DNA of 57,747 nucleotides, filler included, from Sphacelaria rigidula (Eukaryota), in the NCBI GenBank assembly GCA_964200075.2. It is 6 parts of 6 records of this genome, joined end to end, with 100 filler letters (N's around TTAATTAATTAA, not from the genome) between each part and the next. Parts side by side here need not be neighbours in the genome. Positions count along the whole stretch, not along the records: positions 9,645 to 19,187 come from CAXNAA020008262.1; positions 19,288 to 28,829 come from CAXNAA020008263.1; 4 more parts are not named here. The stretch is one strand, 5' to 3'. Made by a program: the position numbers and the translations under genes. Below are positions 13,280 to 26,383 of this stretch, in pieces. The notes below the pieces were generated by a model. That model was not told the origin of the DNA. It saw only the letters and a list, made by a program, of their open reading frames with translations, and did not search any database. Every line of letters starts with the position of its first letter. Positions within the stretch are counted from its first letter, which is position 1.

Positions 13280-14906
13280 GACATAACCATTTTTTTAAAT
13301 CAAAAATGCCCATTTTAATTCAGGCCCGACTTCAGTCCCAGCTTGGGGCTCGGTGGATCGTGCGATACTTGGCAACAGAGTCTACACAAAGCGGCCGTTG
13401 CAGGGGCGGATGTGAATGAGCCCTCTGAACAGCAAAAGGCTACGAACGAACCTAGTCATGAAGCGTGTGACATTTACGAATCAACCACGCTCTGCACACA
13501 CGTCATCGAGTGTCACCCCACGCACAATGTTTTACGAGCTGGAAAGAATATGTGTATCAAATAAAACTGGAGGAGGCAGGTGCGTCAGGCCTGCCTAGCG
13601 GAACAACACGCACAGAATCAACCCTTAAACCTCCACGGTTGGTTATCTGGGTCAGGCATTCACTTTGAAGTGAACATAAGTGAGAGACGCATACGAGCCC
13701 ACTCTGGCGGTCAAAGGGGTCCAGCATCACGAGAACGAAAAAAGAAAATGAGCACGAGAACGACACAGCCTTGCGCACCAAGCCTTGCAGAGTATAAATC
13801 TAAGACCCGGCAGGTCGTCATGCTTGCGCACCAAGAGCATACCCGCAAAGGCCATGTACCTCAGACGGTTCCCCACCCCTACGTGAAAGATGAGGGGTAC
13901 ATCGCCCGAAAACATGACATTAACATGCGCATGCATACGAGAATGGCTCAAGGGGCAGCGACTCGAGGAGCCTCGGCCTTGCGCGAGCAATATCGAAGAC
14001 TGCGAAGTTCTGGACTTCGGCGGTACGATGCCATCACCTCTCGGTGAATCAGTCCAAGATGGACGAGTCTTGAGTTTGCAAGCACAGCAGGCGTGTCAGA
14101 CATCGAGAGGCCCCGTATGATACTAATAGAGAATAGACCAGATCTTTTTGTGCGGATGAACTGGCTTGCCTTGCCCCCTATTCCGAGCTCGTGGAATTCC
14201 TCCGTACTTCACTTTTCATTGGATTAGAGCAGCTTGTTAAATTTCCATGGTTGAAACATCTTTGACCTTAGTCTATGATGATCAGATCCAGATATTTATA
14301 GAGGGGCTATGTCGTAGAGCCCCACCTACGTCTGTTGGCGGACGATTAGAAAATTACGCGATGGACAACAGAACAGAACAGCAGAGACCGTGCAGTAGCC
14401 GCCCTGCGGATGAAATATAAATATGCACATGTCGCGTTACGCACGTTCCTCCGCAGTGCAATAGGTAGACCCACGTGACCTACGAGCGTGCCCTGAAAGA
14501 TAACATAGTGCATGTGGGTCGCCATGCTTGATTCAGACCAACTCTAGGCTGGAGCCTAACGTGTATAACAGCAGTTCACGGTGGCCACAACGAACTTACT
14601 ATTTTACGTTGCCCGCAACGAATATTATATTTTTACAGTTCTAAATATTTATAAAACTGTGTAGTGATGACTGTCCCCACACCCAGGGGTAGTAGCCTTA
14701 AATACGATAGTAGCATTTATTCAGGTTCACCTGTGTGTAGCACTTCTTCACGCTCACGAGCTGTATTTATTTCTGAAATAGGAGTTTCAGGAAGGCGGGA
14801 AGGCGATAGTGATGAGGTGGCGCGGGCTACTACCCAACATTCAGGACCGCGAGAGAGTCATTTTTGCGTATGTACTGACTTTGCATGAGTGCGAATGTAA
14901 TCTCAC

Positions 14907-15517
14907 TTGAAGTTGAGAAACGCGTGCGCCGGTCCTTCACAGGCTGGATCGCGGGTCATGATCGCTTCCAGATCTCTCCTGAAAAAGACACCCAGGAACT
15001 CTGCGTGGGTCTCAGTAACGTCCGCAAGAAGTTCGTCCCACGTCTCCATGGACACCGAGTCGTTGCCCAGCTTGCAAGCCAGGTGGTGCGCCAGGGCGCG
15101 TTCCATGGTGCTGTGCGTGAGCAGGGTAGTCCTGAAGTACCTGGCTAAAGCCGGTTCTTCCTTCATCTGTCGTTTTATCAACAAATTGAAGGGATGCGAT
15201 CCATGGAGGATGAGGGAGAGAATGCGTGCCGTCACTATGGTATTGATGGAATTGTTGAGATGTTCTCACAGATGAAGGAGGGGGGTCGGATGCTTCTCCG
15301 AGGATTGTACAGGGGTCATTGCAGGAGTTTACATCATCGGTGGGTTATATCCGTGGAGTGGTGAAATGTTGGGTGCGCGCGTGAAACATAAAACAGTATA
15401 ATTCGGTTGCGCGGCGGTAGCGGCAGCGGCGGCGGTGGCGGTGGCGGTGGCGGGCGGGGGGGGGGGGGGGGGGGGGCCTCTCGGCGGGTTGGTGGGGGTA
15501 GGGGGGTGTGACANCAA

Positions 15518-15555
<38 letters not shown>

Positions 15556-16073
15556 GGGTGGGGGTGGGGGAGGGGTGGGGAAACCACATGTGCTGTTGCA
15601 TAGTGAACAGTGGACAAGAGGTTGAACAGACAACGACTAAAGCGGACGATCTCTGTCGGACAAATAGCGTCAACGAGGTATCCAGATGCCATCAGCACAA
15701 GCAGCACTATTGCATAGGTGGATCCACATGGATTCCCTGGAGCGCACTCGGCTTTCTATGCCGCCGGTAGTGCGGAAGGTACCGCCAACATCGATCCTAC
15801 GGCTGCAGTCTGTACAACAATTACAGTACAAAGCCAATACATGCAGTGATTGAGGACACTACAAGCCCGAAACATGAGACACTCAGGTAAGTACGTCTTT
15901 ATTCGTGGATCATTTCGAAATGTACGAAAATGTGGTCTCTTCATGGAATATGTTGCACTCACGATGACTCGAGCTTCCTCCTGCACTTGCCGCCACATCG
16001 GGCACTGCACACCATTCTCTTCCTCGACGCACGGCGCCGAATCCATCCGCTGTTCCTGCTGGTGCGTGGCCAT
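14907..16073 (-). CDS. cysE: Serine O-acetyltransferase, N-terminal part. Exons 16073-15963 and 15166-14907; downstream exons not found in this contig
   Basis: Spliced product MATHQQ...PMWRQVQEEARVI|MKEEPALARYFRTTLLTHSTMERALAHHLACKL...RRDLEAIMTRDPACEGPAHAFLNFK matches the SATase N-terminal domain (W...EA....EP.L, DL.A...RDPAC, L.FKG). Junctions ATC|gtgagt, acag|ATG and AA|gtgaga are in phase. Confidence 0.9.
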
Positions 16074-16454
16074 TGCTTGCACTCTTATCCTGTCAACCGC
16101 AAAATAAGCCCCTGGTCAGCCTCGTGGAACGGACACGTTGGTACAGAGGACAGCGCTTTGCGGGAGGTTCGGCGGGGCAAAGTTCTCGGCACCCAGCTTG
16201 TTCTTCGCTTTCCAAAGTGGCACGATGAAGCTGTGATGAGCACACGTCTATCTACCGATCAATGGTCTCGAGTTGTTGGAGGTTCACAACAGAGTCTGTC
16301 CCGACGAAACTTGGTGTGTGAGAGGGTGGGGTGGAGGTGTTATCCCTGTGTTCAGTTGTAAAAGTGTCAAGTACAGTAGAGTGGGGAGTACAGTGTCATT
16401 CGTCAGTTTACTATCAGAAAACGCAATAGAGTCATTTCCCACCCGAATTTAGCA

Positions 16455-16700
16455 ATGCAACATTAGGGATGCGCTTTTTGCGCGAAATCTTGTCTGATTC
16501 AGGGGCTCCTAGAGATTCGACAGGCACAACATTATGGGTCAGGGCAACCCCGTTCGCACATTCATTCGGGATATCCCTAGCACATTGGGACAGTAGTCCT
16601 GACTTACTCTCACATATTTCATAAGTCGTGTTTTGGAAGAGATAAAGGGCTCCTAACAATTTCCAACTCAGAAAATATTTGTGCACCCCCACCGTAGCAT
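16455..16700. mobile_element. MITE family M2 copy, inverted relative to 4115-4342
   Basis: catatttcataagtcgtgttttgga...ctcagaaaatatt...tgcacccccaccgtagc is the reverse complement of 4115-4200. Confidence 0.65.
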
Positions 16701-17817
16701 CCCTCAAATGTGCGATTATTTAGTCAGTATACTTTGTCAAAATTTTATTCTTTGAAAACTAGGGTTGGCAATCACTCACGAATTGAACTGGCATCAATGG
16801 CATGAGAATTATGCCGAATAACCTGACCGTCAGCTCTTGGTCAGCTGGCGGTCAAAGGACTATATGGTGGTTGGTGTAGTTCTTTCGGAACAACAATCTC
16901 TGGACATTTTCCAAGTACAGTGCAGTGAGCAAATCTCCTCGAAGTATCAAGTTTCGACCAAAAGTTGAAAGTTATGGATGTCCACAAGTTAATTCGCGGG
17001 AGACCGGAGAAATTTAGTCAACCCACGATGTTTCCTCCGCGCACCGATCCAGACGAAAGCAATATGAAAAATTCTACCAAGTGTGTAGGCAATAAATGAA
17101 CTAGTTCAGTGCCGAGCCATGATGAGGCGCGAGGGGCGTGCGAAAAACAGAGGGCTATAAATATATAGGATTTAGAGCGTGAAATCTCCGAAGAATCAGT
17201 TTCGCCCCTGTTTTTAATATCTCGTAGATGCGCCGCATGTTTTCCTATGCGCACCGCGAACAGTCGTGCTTATCCAGTATCCAGTACAAAGCTACATTAA
17301 GGGTGGAGCCTGGCGCGCAGCCCGCATTAAAGTTGAGGATATATCCTGAGATCACGTGAAAGGAGCTGATTCACTTACAGTGGCGCTTTCAACCGAAGGA
17401 AATGCGGTTTCCTCAGAGTAAACCCATCATTTCTACGCCGTACGATTTCAGAACATTGTTTTCGTGTTCGCTCCAGTTCCCAGCCGTTTTTGCGTCAGAA
17501 ATCACTTGTTGTCACTGAATCCGGTCCGACGTCGTCAGTGTCCATGATAATCTAGTTACGCCAGTTTGGCCTGGTTTTGTGTAGTCCCCGACAATTGCAT
17601 GACCCTAATTTCGGAACAACTTCACCTTCAATTTCACTCCATTTTTTTCTCGGGTCGATCTAAAAATTGAGCCAATTACGACGTGTTTTCGCGAACGTGC
17701 TCCCCAATGAAGCCCAAGCAAGGTCACCGCGGTATACAGTATATGTAAGTGACCATGCAAGTGTCCGTTCCTACACTTTGTTTCACTTGTTTCCTGGGGT
17801 TCCACTGCGTGAGCCAC

Positions 17818-18400
17818 CACGCCCCGATGGTCTAATGGTACAACTAACGCCACTAGGTTGGAAAAGTTGTGGGTTAGATCCCCGCCAGATGTATTCATGT
17901 TTTTCTTTTTCTCAGCGGTATATAGGGGTATAAAACAACACTGTTTTCGTGAGATTGAGAGTAGAGCGTTGATTGAGAGTGAGTAGGTTGTAACATTCGC
18001 TTAAACATGACCAATTCCACATGATGCATGTGATTTCTTTGCCTGTACCACTCACATGCGCTTACAGCTACACATCGGTATCCTACTCGGGGTATATATC
18101 AAGGGCTTCAGCGGCAAGCTCCTACTACAGAAAGCGTATGTCGGGTCTCGTGGAGGGGCATTTTGGGACTGAATCTATTATTCGTTCATCGATTGAGCGC
18201 TTTTTACTCTCAATCGTATCATCTACTCTCAATATCATCACGAAAACATTGTCATGTATATGATTTCCGTCGTTGGAAGCGTGAGCGTGAGTGAGGACGA
18301 GAGTAGCAAAAATAGTTTGTGTTTTGAGGTTGCTTGACAAGAAGAGTTGACTCACCGCGGGAGGGTTAATCCAATCCGCGATTCCAAAATGTAAGCCCCG
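17818..18400 (+). mobile_element. Diverged tRNA-headed SINE-like repeat (family C), apparently interrupted
   Basis: Head cgccccgatggtctaatgg...gggttagatccc and tail ccaatccgcgatt match 41764-42028. Confidence 0.5.
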
Positions 18401-18757
18401 CAATCACACCCCTCCGGCAACGAATCACATGAGCATTTTTTCTTGTGCGTTGAGGCTTCTTCCTTTATTTGCTATATAAGTTTGTTGGGGGCCCACTCTT
18501 CTCTCTTGTTGTCAGATTCAAGTATTATTATTGTTTGTTCCGGCTCGGCCCTTCTGGTTTTCGTATTTCTGGCTCTCGAATATAATATTTTTTGATGCGC
18601 TGTTGCGGAGTTTTCGCCGGCCGCGTTGATCAAGTGTCGGTTTTGAATAACTTCAGTCTCTGGAGCGATGCCACGACAGTCCCCCCCCCAGAAACTTAGC
18701 CCGGTCCGGCGAGAACCCGGCGTGCTCCGTCCCGGCTTTGTAGAGGCGGACCCCCGA

Positions 18758-19187
18758 TGGGGTTGGCCTCGGTTGGCGATGGCGCTACAAAAGACGCCAC
18801 TCACTGCGTAAGCTAGGCAACCAGGTTCCCGATTTTTTTGCGCGCTTGCGTTTTTTTGCGGTAACCATATGATGCTGGTCGAGCTACATCAAATTGTGTG
18901 GAGTGGGAGAACCTCAACTTCGCACAATGGAGATGATCGTTCCACTTAGTGTTTATGTGGTGAGGCACCCATGAGGCAGTGTATAGACCATAGCTGTCTC
19001 TGGAAGTGGCGATACCAGATAATAAAGCAACTCATTGTAGGCTGTCATCCGAATGCAAGATAACCAGTAGTAGGCCTCGGGCCGAACAATCTTCGCAGGA
19101 TGTAGCTCACCCTTCATGCGACTCGCCGATAACACGACGGCGCTTCGCGCTTGGTGATCGAGTGCGAGCCTGGTCCGGCGAAAACCC
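18758..19187 (+). mobile_element. SINE family A copy, 3' end cut by the contig end and preceded by a short family-A tail fragment at 18697-18743
   Basis: Head ggggttggcctcggttgg...cactgcgtaagctaggcaaccaggtt and the body are the reverse complement of 56513-57001 and 29812-30270. Confidence 0.75.
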
Positions 19188-19287
19188 NNNNNNNNNNNNN
19201 NNNNNNNNNNNNNNNNNNNNNNNNNNNNNNNTTAATTAATTAANNNNNNNNNNNNNNNNNNNNNNNNNNNNNNNNNNNNNNNNNNNN
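19188..19287. other. Artificial contig spacer
   Basis: Same 100-nt N/TTAATTAATTAA/N linker. Confidence 0.97.
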
Positions 19288-19374
19288 CTACAAAGCCGGG
19301 ACGGAGCACGCCGGGTTCTCGCCGGACCAGGCTAAAGGGGGGGGGGATCCAGGAATATTTTTTTTGTGCCCTCC

Positions 19375-19955
19375 TGTCGGTACCAAAAGTTTTTTTTTCA
19401 TGAGTTGAAGGCATTTCACTGATAGCTCAAGACTGATTATTGCCCTGGACTGTTAGAAAAAACTGTTTTGGCACCGAGGATTTTTTTTGTGTCCCATTCG
19501 TTCGTTGTGCATACCAAATTTCAGGGTCCAACTCTAAATATTGGTAGGAGCATGGGCCTTCAAAAGCAGGGTCGGTCGAAAGTCGGAACAGTATTCCGAA
19601 GGCCACTCACCGGCTGACATTTGGTTTTCGTGTGTTCAAGTGTTGCGTGGGTGCTCTCCATAGCAAAGTCAACAGAACAAAGCAGGTCAGTTGCTTAATT
19701 ATTTTTTTCGCAGGTTTAGGGCGTTCTAGTATGGTGAAGACCATTTCTTCACGTGACCAACCTAACCTCTGCGAAAAACTTGGAAAATGAAGGCCCACAT
19801 GTTCTTTGTTCGCAACACTTTTGCGGTTCTCCGTGCCAAGTTTCAAATCACAATTCTACAAATTTAGCCGAAACATCGAGATAAGGCCTAAGAGTGACGT
19901 TCGTTTCTCCCCAAAACTCCACTAAAAACACGAAAAAAGATGCAAAAATAAGCAC
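19375..19955 (+). repeat. Long repeat family L, copy 1 (inverted relative to 21940-22622)
   Basis: About 580 bp aligns by eye with the reverse complement of 21940-22525, for example catcgagataaggcctaag and cttaggccttatctcgatg. Confidence 0.85.
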
Positions 19956-21939
19956 AGATGTTTTTCCACGAATTTTTTTATCAGCGGCCAATCTCGAAAC
20001 CTCGGAGCCAAGCGAACCTGAAAAGCAGACTAGGCTCCTCTCTGTGGGGTGATGCAAAGTGTCCGAGACGTGTGTTGGCGGTTNNNNNNNNNNGGGGATC
20101 AAAAAGTGGGTCAAACGTCCCAAAAGTGAACAACCCGTGGGCCAAAAATCTGTTTGCCATAACATCCGGCCTCACCTGACAAAAACCTATATGAAACCTC
20201 CGATCGATACATTCACAGCGGGTGACGATGATTTCTGGTGTGTACATTCCATGAGGCACGGAGATACGATAGATACCCTCACGTTTACCTTATTCGTAAT
20301 CGCCTCAAGGGGTGGAGTGTTCCGCGAGACGCGCGAGGGCAGAGGCCAGCCGGCTTCAGCCAAGGGCATGGTGGCGGGTGAAGCCTGCTGTTGTTCGTGA
20401 AGGGGATGGAAAGAAGAGTGGCGAAGAGAGTACTGGTGGAAGAGGGGCGCACGCCACTCGTGAGTCGAAGCCATCACCAGCGCAGGTCGGTACTACGATG
20501 CGCACAAAAATCTGAGGTTGCGCTATCGAGTACTGGTCACAGGCATACGGGCATATGTACAGCATCGATCGAAACTCCCTTGGTGATTTTCACAGGCGTA
20601 GGGGCATATACACTCCAGAACACTCTTCACGGATGGACAAGGCAAGTTCGGGTTCAAATCTGTACTTTTGCTGTGTTCACTTCGCGGCGCAAATGTTATT
20701 TCAACACTGTCCCACGTATATGGAATATATTTGGGCAGGTTGCATCACCAACGTTCCTCGGCAATGTTCCTCATGATGAGGATTGAAGGCAACACTATGC
20801 ACGAGACAGTTGCAACAACAGCTTGTCTCGTCCGTGTTGTTGTGTATGTCACGGCCCGTATCTCGCCGTGACCTTCCCGTTTGCAAACACAAAAAGCTCG
20901 TACCGGCGAACTCGGGTACACCCGCTCGTTCCGTGGCGTACCTGCACATCGCCCCTGAAAAGTAGAGCTTGAAGATACCCTAAGTGCAGGTGCTTCCGCG
21001 AGACGAAAAAACATGATAACCGCACATCAACCACCCCGCCTCCCCAACAACCCACTTATATCACACTTCACAGTCGTTCCCTCAAGGTGGAAGATCACAG
21101 CAATCGGATGCGAATGCAGAGGAGTTCACAGAGGTGAGTAGGAACCAGCTTTGCTCCGGTTGCTGGATGCACACTCGCTGGAGCGAGCGGGCTTGCACAC
21201 TCTTGAACTCTGATTTGAACTTATTGCAATTGTCTTCCGAGTCGGCCTCCTTCAGACTTCCGGTATTTTGTTCGAGACGACAAACGTGGATTGTGAAAAC
21301 AACCGACTTCGCCCCTCTTGAGCGGTACAGTAGGATCTGCCTGTACTGTATCGAGTCGCTGGTGAGGCCGCTCCGTCTAACAGACAAAAATAAAACCCCG
21401 AGAAAGTTGCTCACCTCCCACAGATAGAGGTAACTCAAAGTGAAATAAAGTATTTTCGCGGCAGTCGGGATTATGGCTGAGCATTTGAAATCGCCGCTGG
21501 GCAAAAATCGAGGACCCACCTGAAGGCAAGGACTATCGAATGGGCCACGCGCTGTATGACTGTGCTGTAGCACAGACACACTCATGGTCTGCCTTGTGCG
21601 TTGTAGGTGTCGCTACGCTGTGGCGTCTTCAGGCCTTTGTGGAGACGGTTTGATCTCCGGTGGGAGTGCCTGATTTGCTCAAACTATTGTTGGCACGCAG
21701 TGCTCTTTGCACACTGTTGAAACTTTCATGGGGTGTTGGCTGTTTCGTCTCGAGTCGAATGAATGAGGCACTCCCCAAATCCATCACCTTCCCCCTCAGA
21801 TGGCGTTCGTGAAATATCTCTGAAGGGATTCGAAAAGTCCGGTGGGCTTTGCGGGGTTCGTAAAATATCTGCCTCTGCTCCTTGCACCCTCTATCCCCAT
21901 GACTTCTGGCATTGGAAAAATTTGAGAGAGAGTTTTACC

Positions 21940-22622
21940 TTCATTTTTGCATCTTTTTTTCTTGTTTTAGTGGAGTTTTGGGGAGAAACGAACGTTGCAC
22001 TTAGGCCTTATCTCGATGTTTTGGCTCAATTTTTATAATTATGGTTTTAAAACTTGGCACGGAGAACCACAAAAGTGTTGCGAAGAAAGAACAAGTGGGC
22101 CTTTATTTTCCAAGCTTTTTTCGTAGAGGTTAGGTTGTTCTCGTGAAGAAATGGTCTTCACCATACTAGAACGCCCTAAACCTATGGAAGAAATATTTAT
22201 AAAAACTGCCCTGCTTCGTTCTGTTGATTTTGCATCGGAGAGAACCCACGGAACATTTCAATAAACGAAAACCAAACTTCAGCCGGTGAGTGGCCTTCGG
22301 AATACTGTTCCGAATTTCGACCGATCCTGTTTTCTGAAGGCCCATGCTCCCGCCAATATTTAGAGTTGGACCCTGAAATTGTGTATGCAAAACGAACGAA
22401 TGGGAAATGAAAAAAATTACCTCGGTGTCAAAATAGTTTTTCTAACAGTCCAGGGCAATAATCAGTTTTTAGCTATCAGTGAAATGCCTTCAACTCCTGA
22501 AGAAAAAAACACTTTTGGTACCGAGGTCATTTTTTTCATGCCCTTTTCATTGTCAACTCCAAATATTGGCGGGAGCATGGGCCTGAAAACTTCAAATCCG
22601 CCTCTAGGCTGGCCGAGCTCGT
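21940..22622 (-). repeat. Long repeat family L, copy 2
   Basis: Inverse of copy 1. Contains an internal inverted pair ggcccatgctcccgccaatatt and aatattggcgggagcatgggcc. Confidence 0.85.
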
Positions 22623-23039
22623 GAGAAGCGGCCTGAATGGCTTGCTAGAGTAGGTCGGAGGATATCGTGAGACGGTCAACCGTAAACGTTGCGGGATATA
22701 TGACTGACTAAATCCCGAGCCCAACCGCCGACACTGCTGGTGTACGAGCTGGGCCAGCCTAAAAACGGATTTGAGCTCTCGAAGTAATATCTCATCGACA
22801 CAGACGAGTTGGGCCGTGATTCGCATAATATCGTATCAGTCGTCTAGTCAAGGGCAAGGTGCCCGTCGGCTCAAACGTTTGGGCCCATATTTTGTCGTTG
22901 ATTAAACCCCAGGCCTAGTAATTCCTGTACCTAAGGAGGATAGCGCCTGTACTAGAATCTCTATGAAACTCCCGATCGATGTATTTAGCGGATGGCGACG
23001 AATTTTGTTGAGAAGAACACAAAAAAAGTGCCGAAAAAA

Positions 23040-23603
23040 GAACGAAATGGGCCTTCATTCTTTTTTTCGTAGAGATTGAGGCGTTCTTGTGAAGAAATGG
23101 TCTTTACCAAAGTGGAACGCCCTAAACCAGTGATCAAAACTGAAAAAAAGCAACCTGACCCACTTTGTTCTCTTAATTATGCGCTCGGAGAGCGCCCAAC
23201 CAAAATTTTGATACACGAAAATCGAACAGAGGCCAGGGAGTGGCGTGCGAAATTCTGTTCCGAATTTCCACCAACCCGGCTGTTTGAAAGCCCATGCTCC
23301 CGCCAATGTTGTAGGGTTGGACCTTGAAAATTGGTGTGGACAATGCATAGGGCATGAAAAAAAATTACATCGTCACCAAGTTTTACTTTTTATTTGATGA
23401 GGTAAGGGCAAAAATCAGTTTTCAGGTGTCAGTAAAATGCCCTTAACTCATGAAAACAGTTAATAAAAACTTTTGGTGCCGATGTAATACTGTTTTTCAC
23501 GCCCTATCCATTGTTCATACCAAATTTCAGGGCCCAACTCCAAGTATTGGCGGGAGCATGGGCCTGCGAATTTCAAATACGCCTCTAGGCTGGCCCGGCT
23601 CGT
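23040..23603 (-). repeat. Long repeat family L, copy 3 (direct repeat of 22090-22622)
   Basis: Shares gtgaagaaatggtctt, aacgccctaaacc and the end gggagcatgggcctg...cctctaggctggcc with copy 2. Confidence 0.8.
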
Positions 23604-24205
23604 ACCGCATTGCTGACTGCGCTCAAGTGTGACGTGCGCTGTATGACACAGACCATGATGCTACACACTACATCACGGTCCGAAGCGGCAGTCGGCTGCA
23701 GGAAGAGTCCATACGCCTGCTCATTCGGTCATCACTTCAATTGCTGCCAGGGGTCGGGTATGTGTATGCGTGTGTATGTGTTTGTATCCACATGTAAGCG
23801 GCCTCGGGGCAGTTGCTATCGCCAGCACTTTTTAGAGCTAGTTTCTTCCACTCTGATGACTTCCACACGGTCGTGGCTCGCGAAGAAGTTTATGTCGCCA
23901 CCACACCCATTGGCACTCAGCATCGCCCCGGCGGGATGGGTCTTCCCAACTTTGCGACTCGCACGTAAATGTCCGGGGGTTCGATGATAAGCTTTGAAGA
24001 TGAACAACACCGCGGAGTGAGAAAAAAAGGTATTTGCAGGCAATCGGTGCGCCCTTTTTAGGCGGCACTTTCTTGTCGAGGGAAATGACTACACGGTTCC
24101 TCGCTTTCTCGCCACGACTGAACATTATTACAAGATTTGAGGACACAACGAAGTAATGCAGTGCTGTCAACCCCGTAACGTACATACAGCATCTGTCGGT
24201 GAGAG

Positions 24206-24238
<33 letters not shown>

Positions 24239-24369
24239 GTGGTAAAACATGTTGGGACAAGTCTCAGCCAAGCTTCGAGCGGGAATCATCAAATTCAGAG
24301 TGCTCCTCACAGTGATTGATTGTGGTAAATCTGTCATGACGTCGGGATCATCGTACTGTCGTCGGACAG

Positions 24370-26383
24370 GTTTCCCATGCCGGGAGATGTCGTGATGGGG
24401 ATTGGGGTGGAGAGCACGCAGCCACCGGAGGTCGCTCTCGAGCTTGATCGTCCCACGGAGCTCTTCCTCCACAACCGCGGTCTCGCGCCCGAGGTTGAGG
24501 GCCGTATGGAGAGGGCCTTCCAAAAGGCTCTTCAGTCGGGGATATCAAAGGTGAGCCCCCGAAAAACCTAATATTTGCTCGAGGTATCGCGATTTTTAGC
24601 CCGCGTCTTTGGCCGACATGCAGGTACTGGATCGGATTTGATCACTCGCGACTTGTATCTGATGTGCCAGGTGTAGCTTACACCAATGATTCCGACCTCG
24701 CGTGTGCTCATGTGCCACCTTTGCCGGCAGTATGATATCAGTCGGCGAGGTGTACGTGGGGCCGACACCACTCCCATCCGCGCTGCCCACGGACACGGGA
24801 GGATTGCTGGTTCGGGATCCAGGTGACACGACCAAAAAGATCATGACGGGTGCTTCACAGACTTTCGGCAACAAGCTGGAGGTGAGAAGAGCGCTGCATC
24901 GGGGGCGATGAAAACTCTGTGACCCCGTAGTCCTCTCTTCCCTCGCCCTTTACCGCCGTTTGCGTCCTGATATGTACGCGACTGACTCACGATTTGAAGG
25001 GATGTCGGGGGTGCACGAAAAAACAAAAACGCACACCTATGAACCCTTCCCCCCCTACCCGAACGGGACGGCGCGGGACGTGCTAGAGGGGGAAATCCGG
25101 GACGTGAACGAAGGTGGTATGCAATCGTTTGATGCATTAAGCAGTAGGGAGAAGACGATATCTATACTAGGAGATAGTCGCCAGAGACGGCGAAACAGAA
25201 CGGGGATAAGATATGTAAAAGGTTTTTGTGTAATGTATGGAAAACACGTAGTGAGCTGCTGAAGGAACGTAATGAGCGCCGGAATGTTGGTGGTGTCTTT
25301 GTCAGGAGTAGGAACGGTACTCCGTCTCGAAAAATATGCGTGGTCAATGGTCAAACGACCAAGGCAAGCAACGAACGAGTACGCCCCCCCTCCTACCCCC
25401 CTGAGAGGTCCAAATAAAAAGTGGGACATGGGTGCGCGTTCTTGTTTTTTCGTGCACCGTTGGAGATGTAGTTCTTTTTTACTGGGTGGTATCGACTTTT
25501 TTTCCCTCCCGCTTTGCCGCACTTCGTGCAAAAACAGTTTTTTTCGGGTCCGTTTATGGGCGCGTCCACATCGCGATGCCCGGGGGACATATGGTTTCGG
25601 GAACAGCTACACATAGTGGTTTTGAGACCCCTGTCTGAGCGCTGATTCTAAACACCGCCCCTCCTCCGTACCCCGAATTGACTTTCTCATGTTCGTTGCC
25701 GCCGGCCGTCTCTACCTTGTCCACCATTGATTTCGGTCGCGGTGTTCGACGTTCAATCAGGTGAACGAGCTGCTCCTCATCACGAAGCCCGGCCAGCAGA
25801 AGATCGTATACCCTGAAATTCCCCTGTGGGGAAATACAACACGCCTAGAGAGGCTGGTGATTCGATACCTCAAGAAATCCTGCATCAGCAATGTATTCGC
25901 ATGGTCTTGGTCGCATCCAACAGACAACTCAGGCGCCTCGTAGAACCCGACAGGGAAGCCTGCCAGCCGGAAGCGGCCCTGTAGTTGGAGGTCTCAGACA
26001 CGTGCCCATTCTACCATTTGGAATGGGATACGGGCGGGGAGGGGGTTGTGATGGGGATCAGGTCGAAAATACCGCACAACGGCCCCAGAGACTCTTACAT
26101 TACCGCTGCGATAGGCGGCGCAGATGGTACGCAGCATGTTGTAGTAGCCAGTGTGCAAGAGAGTCGAGAGAGGAAAGGGAGGCTCACCGCGAAGCAGCCT
26201 ATCGCGGTCACTCTCGGGGATCTGGTCGTAGGTGGATCGGGATTCGAGCAAAGGTGGCTGAGGGCCAGACGCGACACGGGTCGAGAGGGGTTGGAGGACG
26301 AGGTAGCCCCCGATGATGACCATGATGACTGTGACACTGGAAGTGATGACGATGATGATGTTGGTGATGGCAATAGCAACTAG
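24370..26383 (+). pseudogene. Probable degenerate multi-exon gene of unknown function. Exon-like blocks 24370-24550, ~24731-24881 and 25761-26383
   Basis: Blocks have cag| acceptors and |gtgag donors and read as protein-like (PGDVVMGIGVESTQPPEVALELDRP; VNELLLITKPGQQKIVYPEIPLWG; acidic C-terminus). There is a phase clash between blocks 1 and 2, and a frameshift plus TAG near 25890-25984. Confidence 0.35.
25050..25400 (+). mobile_element. LINE 3' end fragment
   Basis: Homologous to 32030-32345. Ends gcgtggtcaatggtcaaacgaccaaggcaagcaacgaacgagtacgcccccc. Confidence 0.75.

Noticed and set aside
13580..14340. 155-aa ORF and downstream protein-like text, possibly a viral or dynamin-like relic
   Set aside because: No motif could be confirmed and the frames are broken. 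It would need a BLASTX or HHpred hit.
15329..15770. Proline-rich and glycine-rich ORFs
   Set aside because: They are translations of G/C homopolymer tracts inside the SAT intron.
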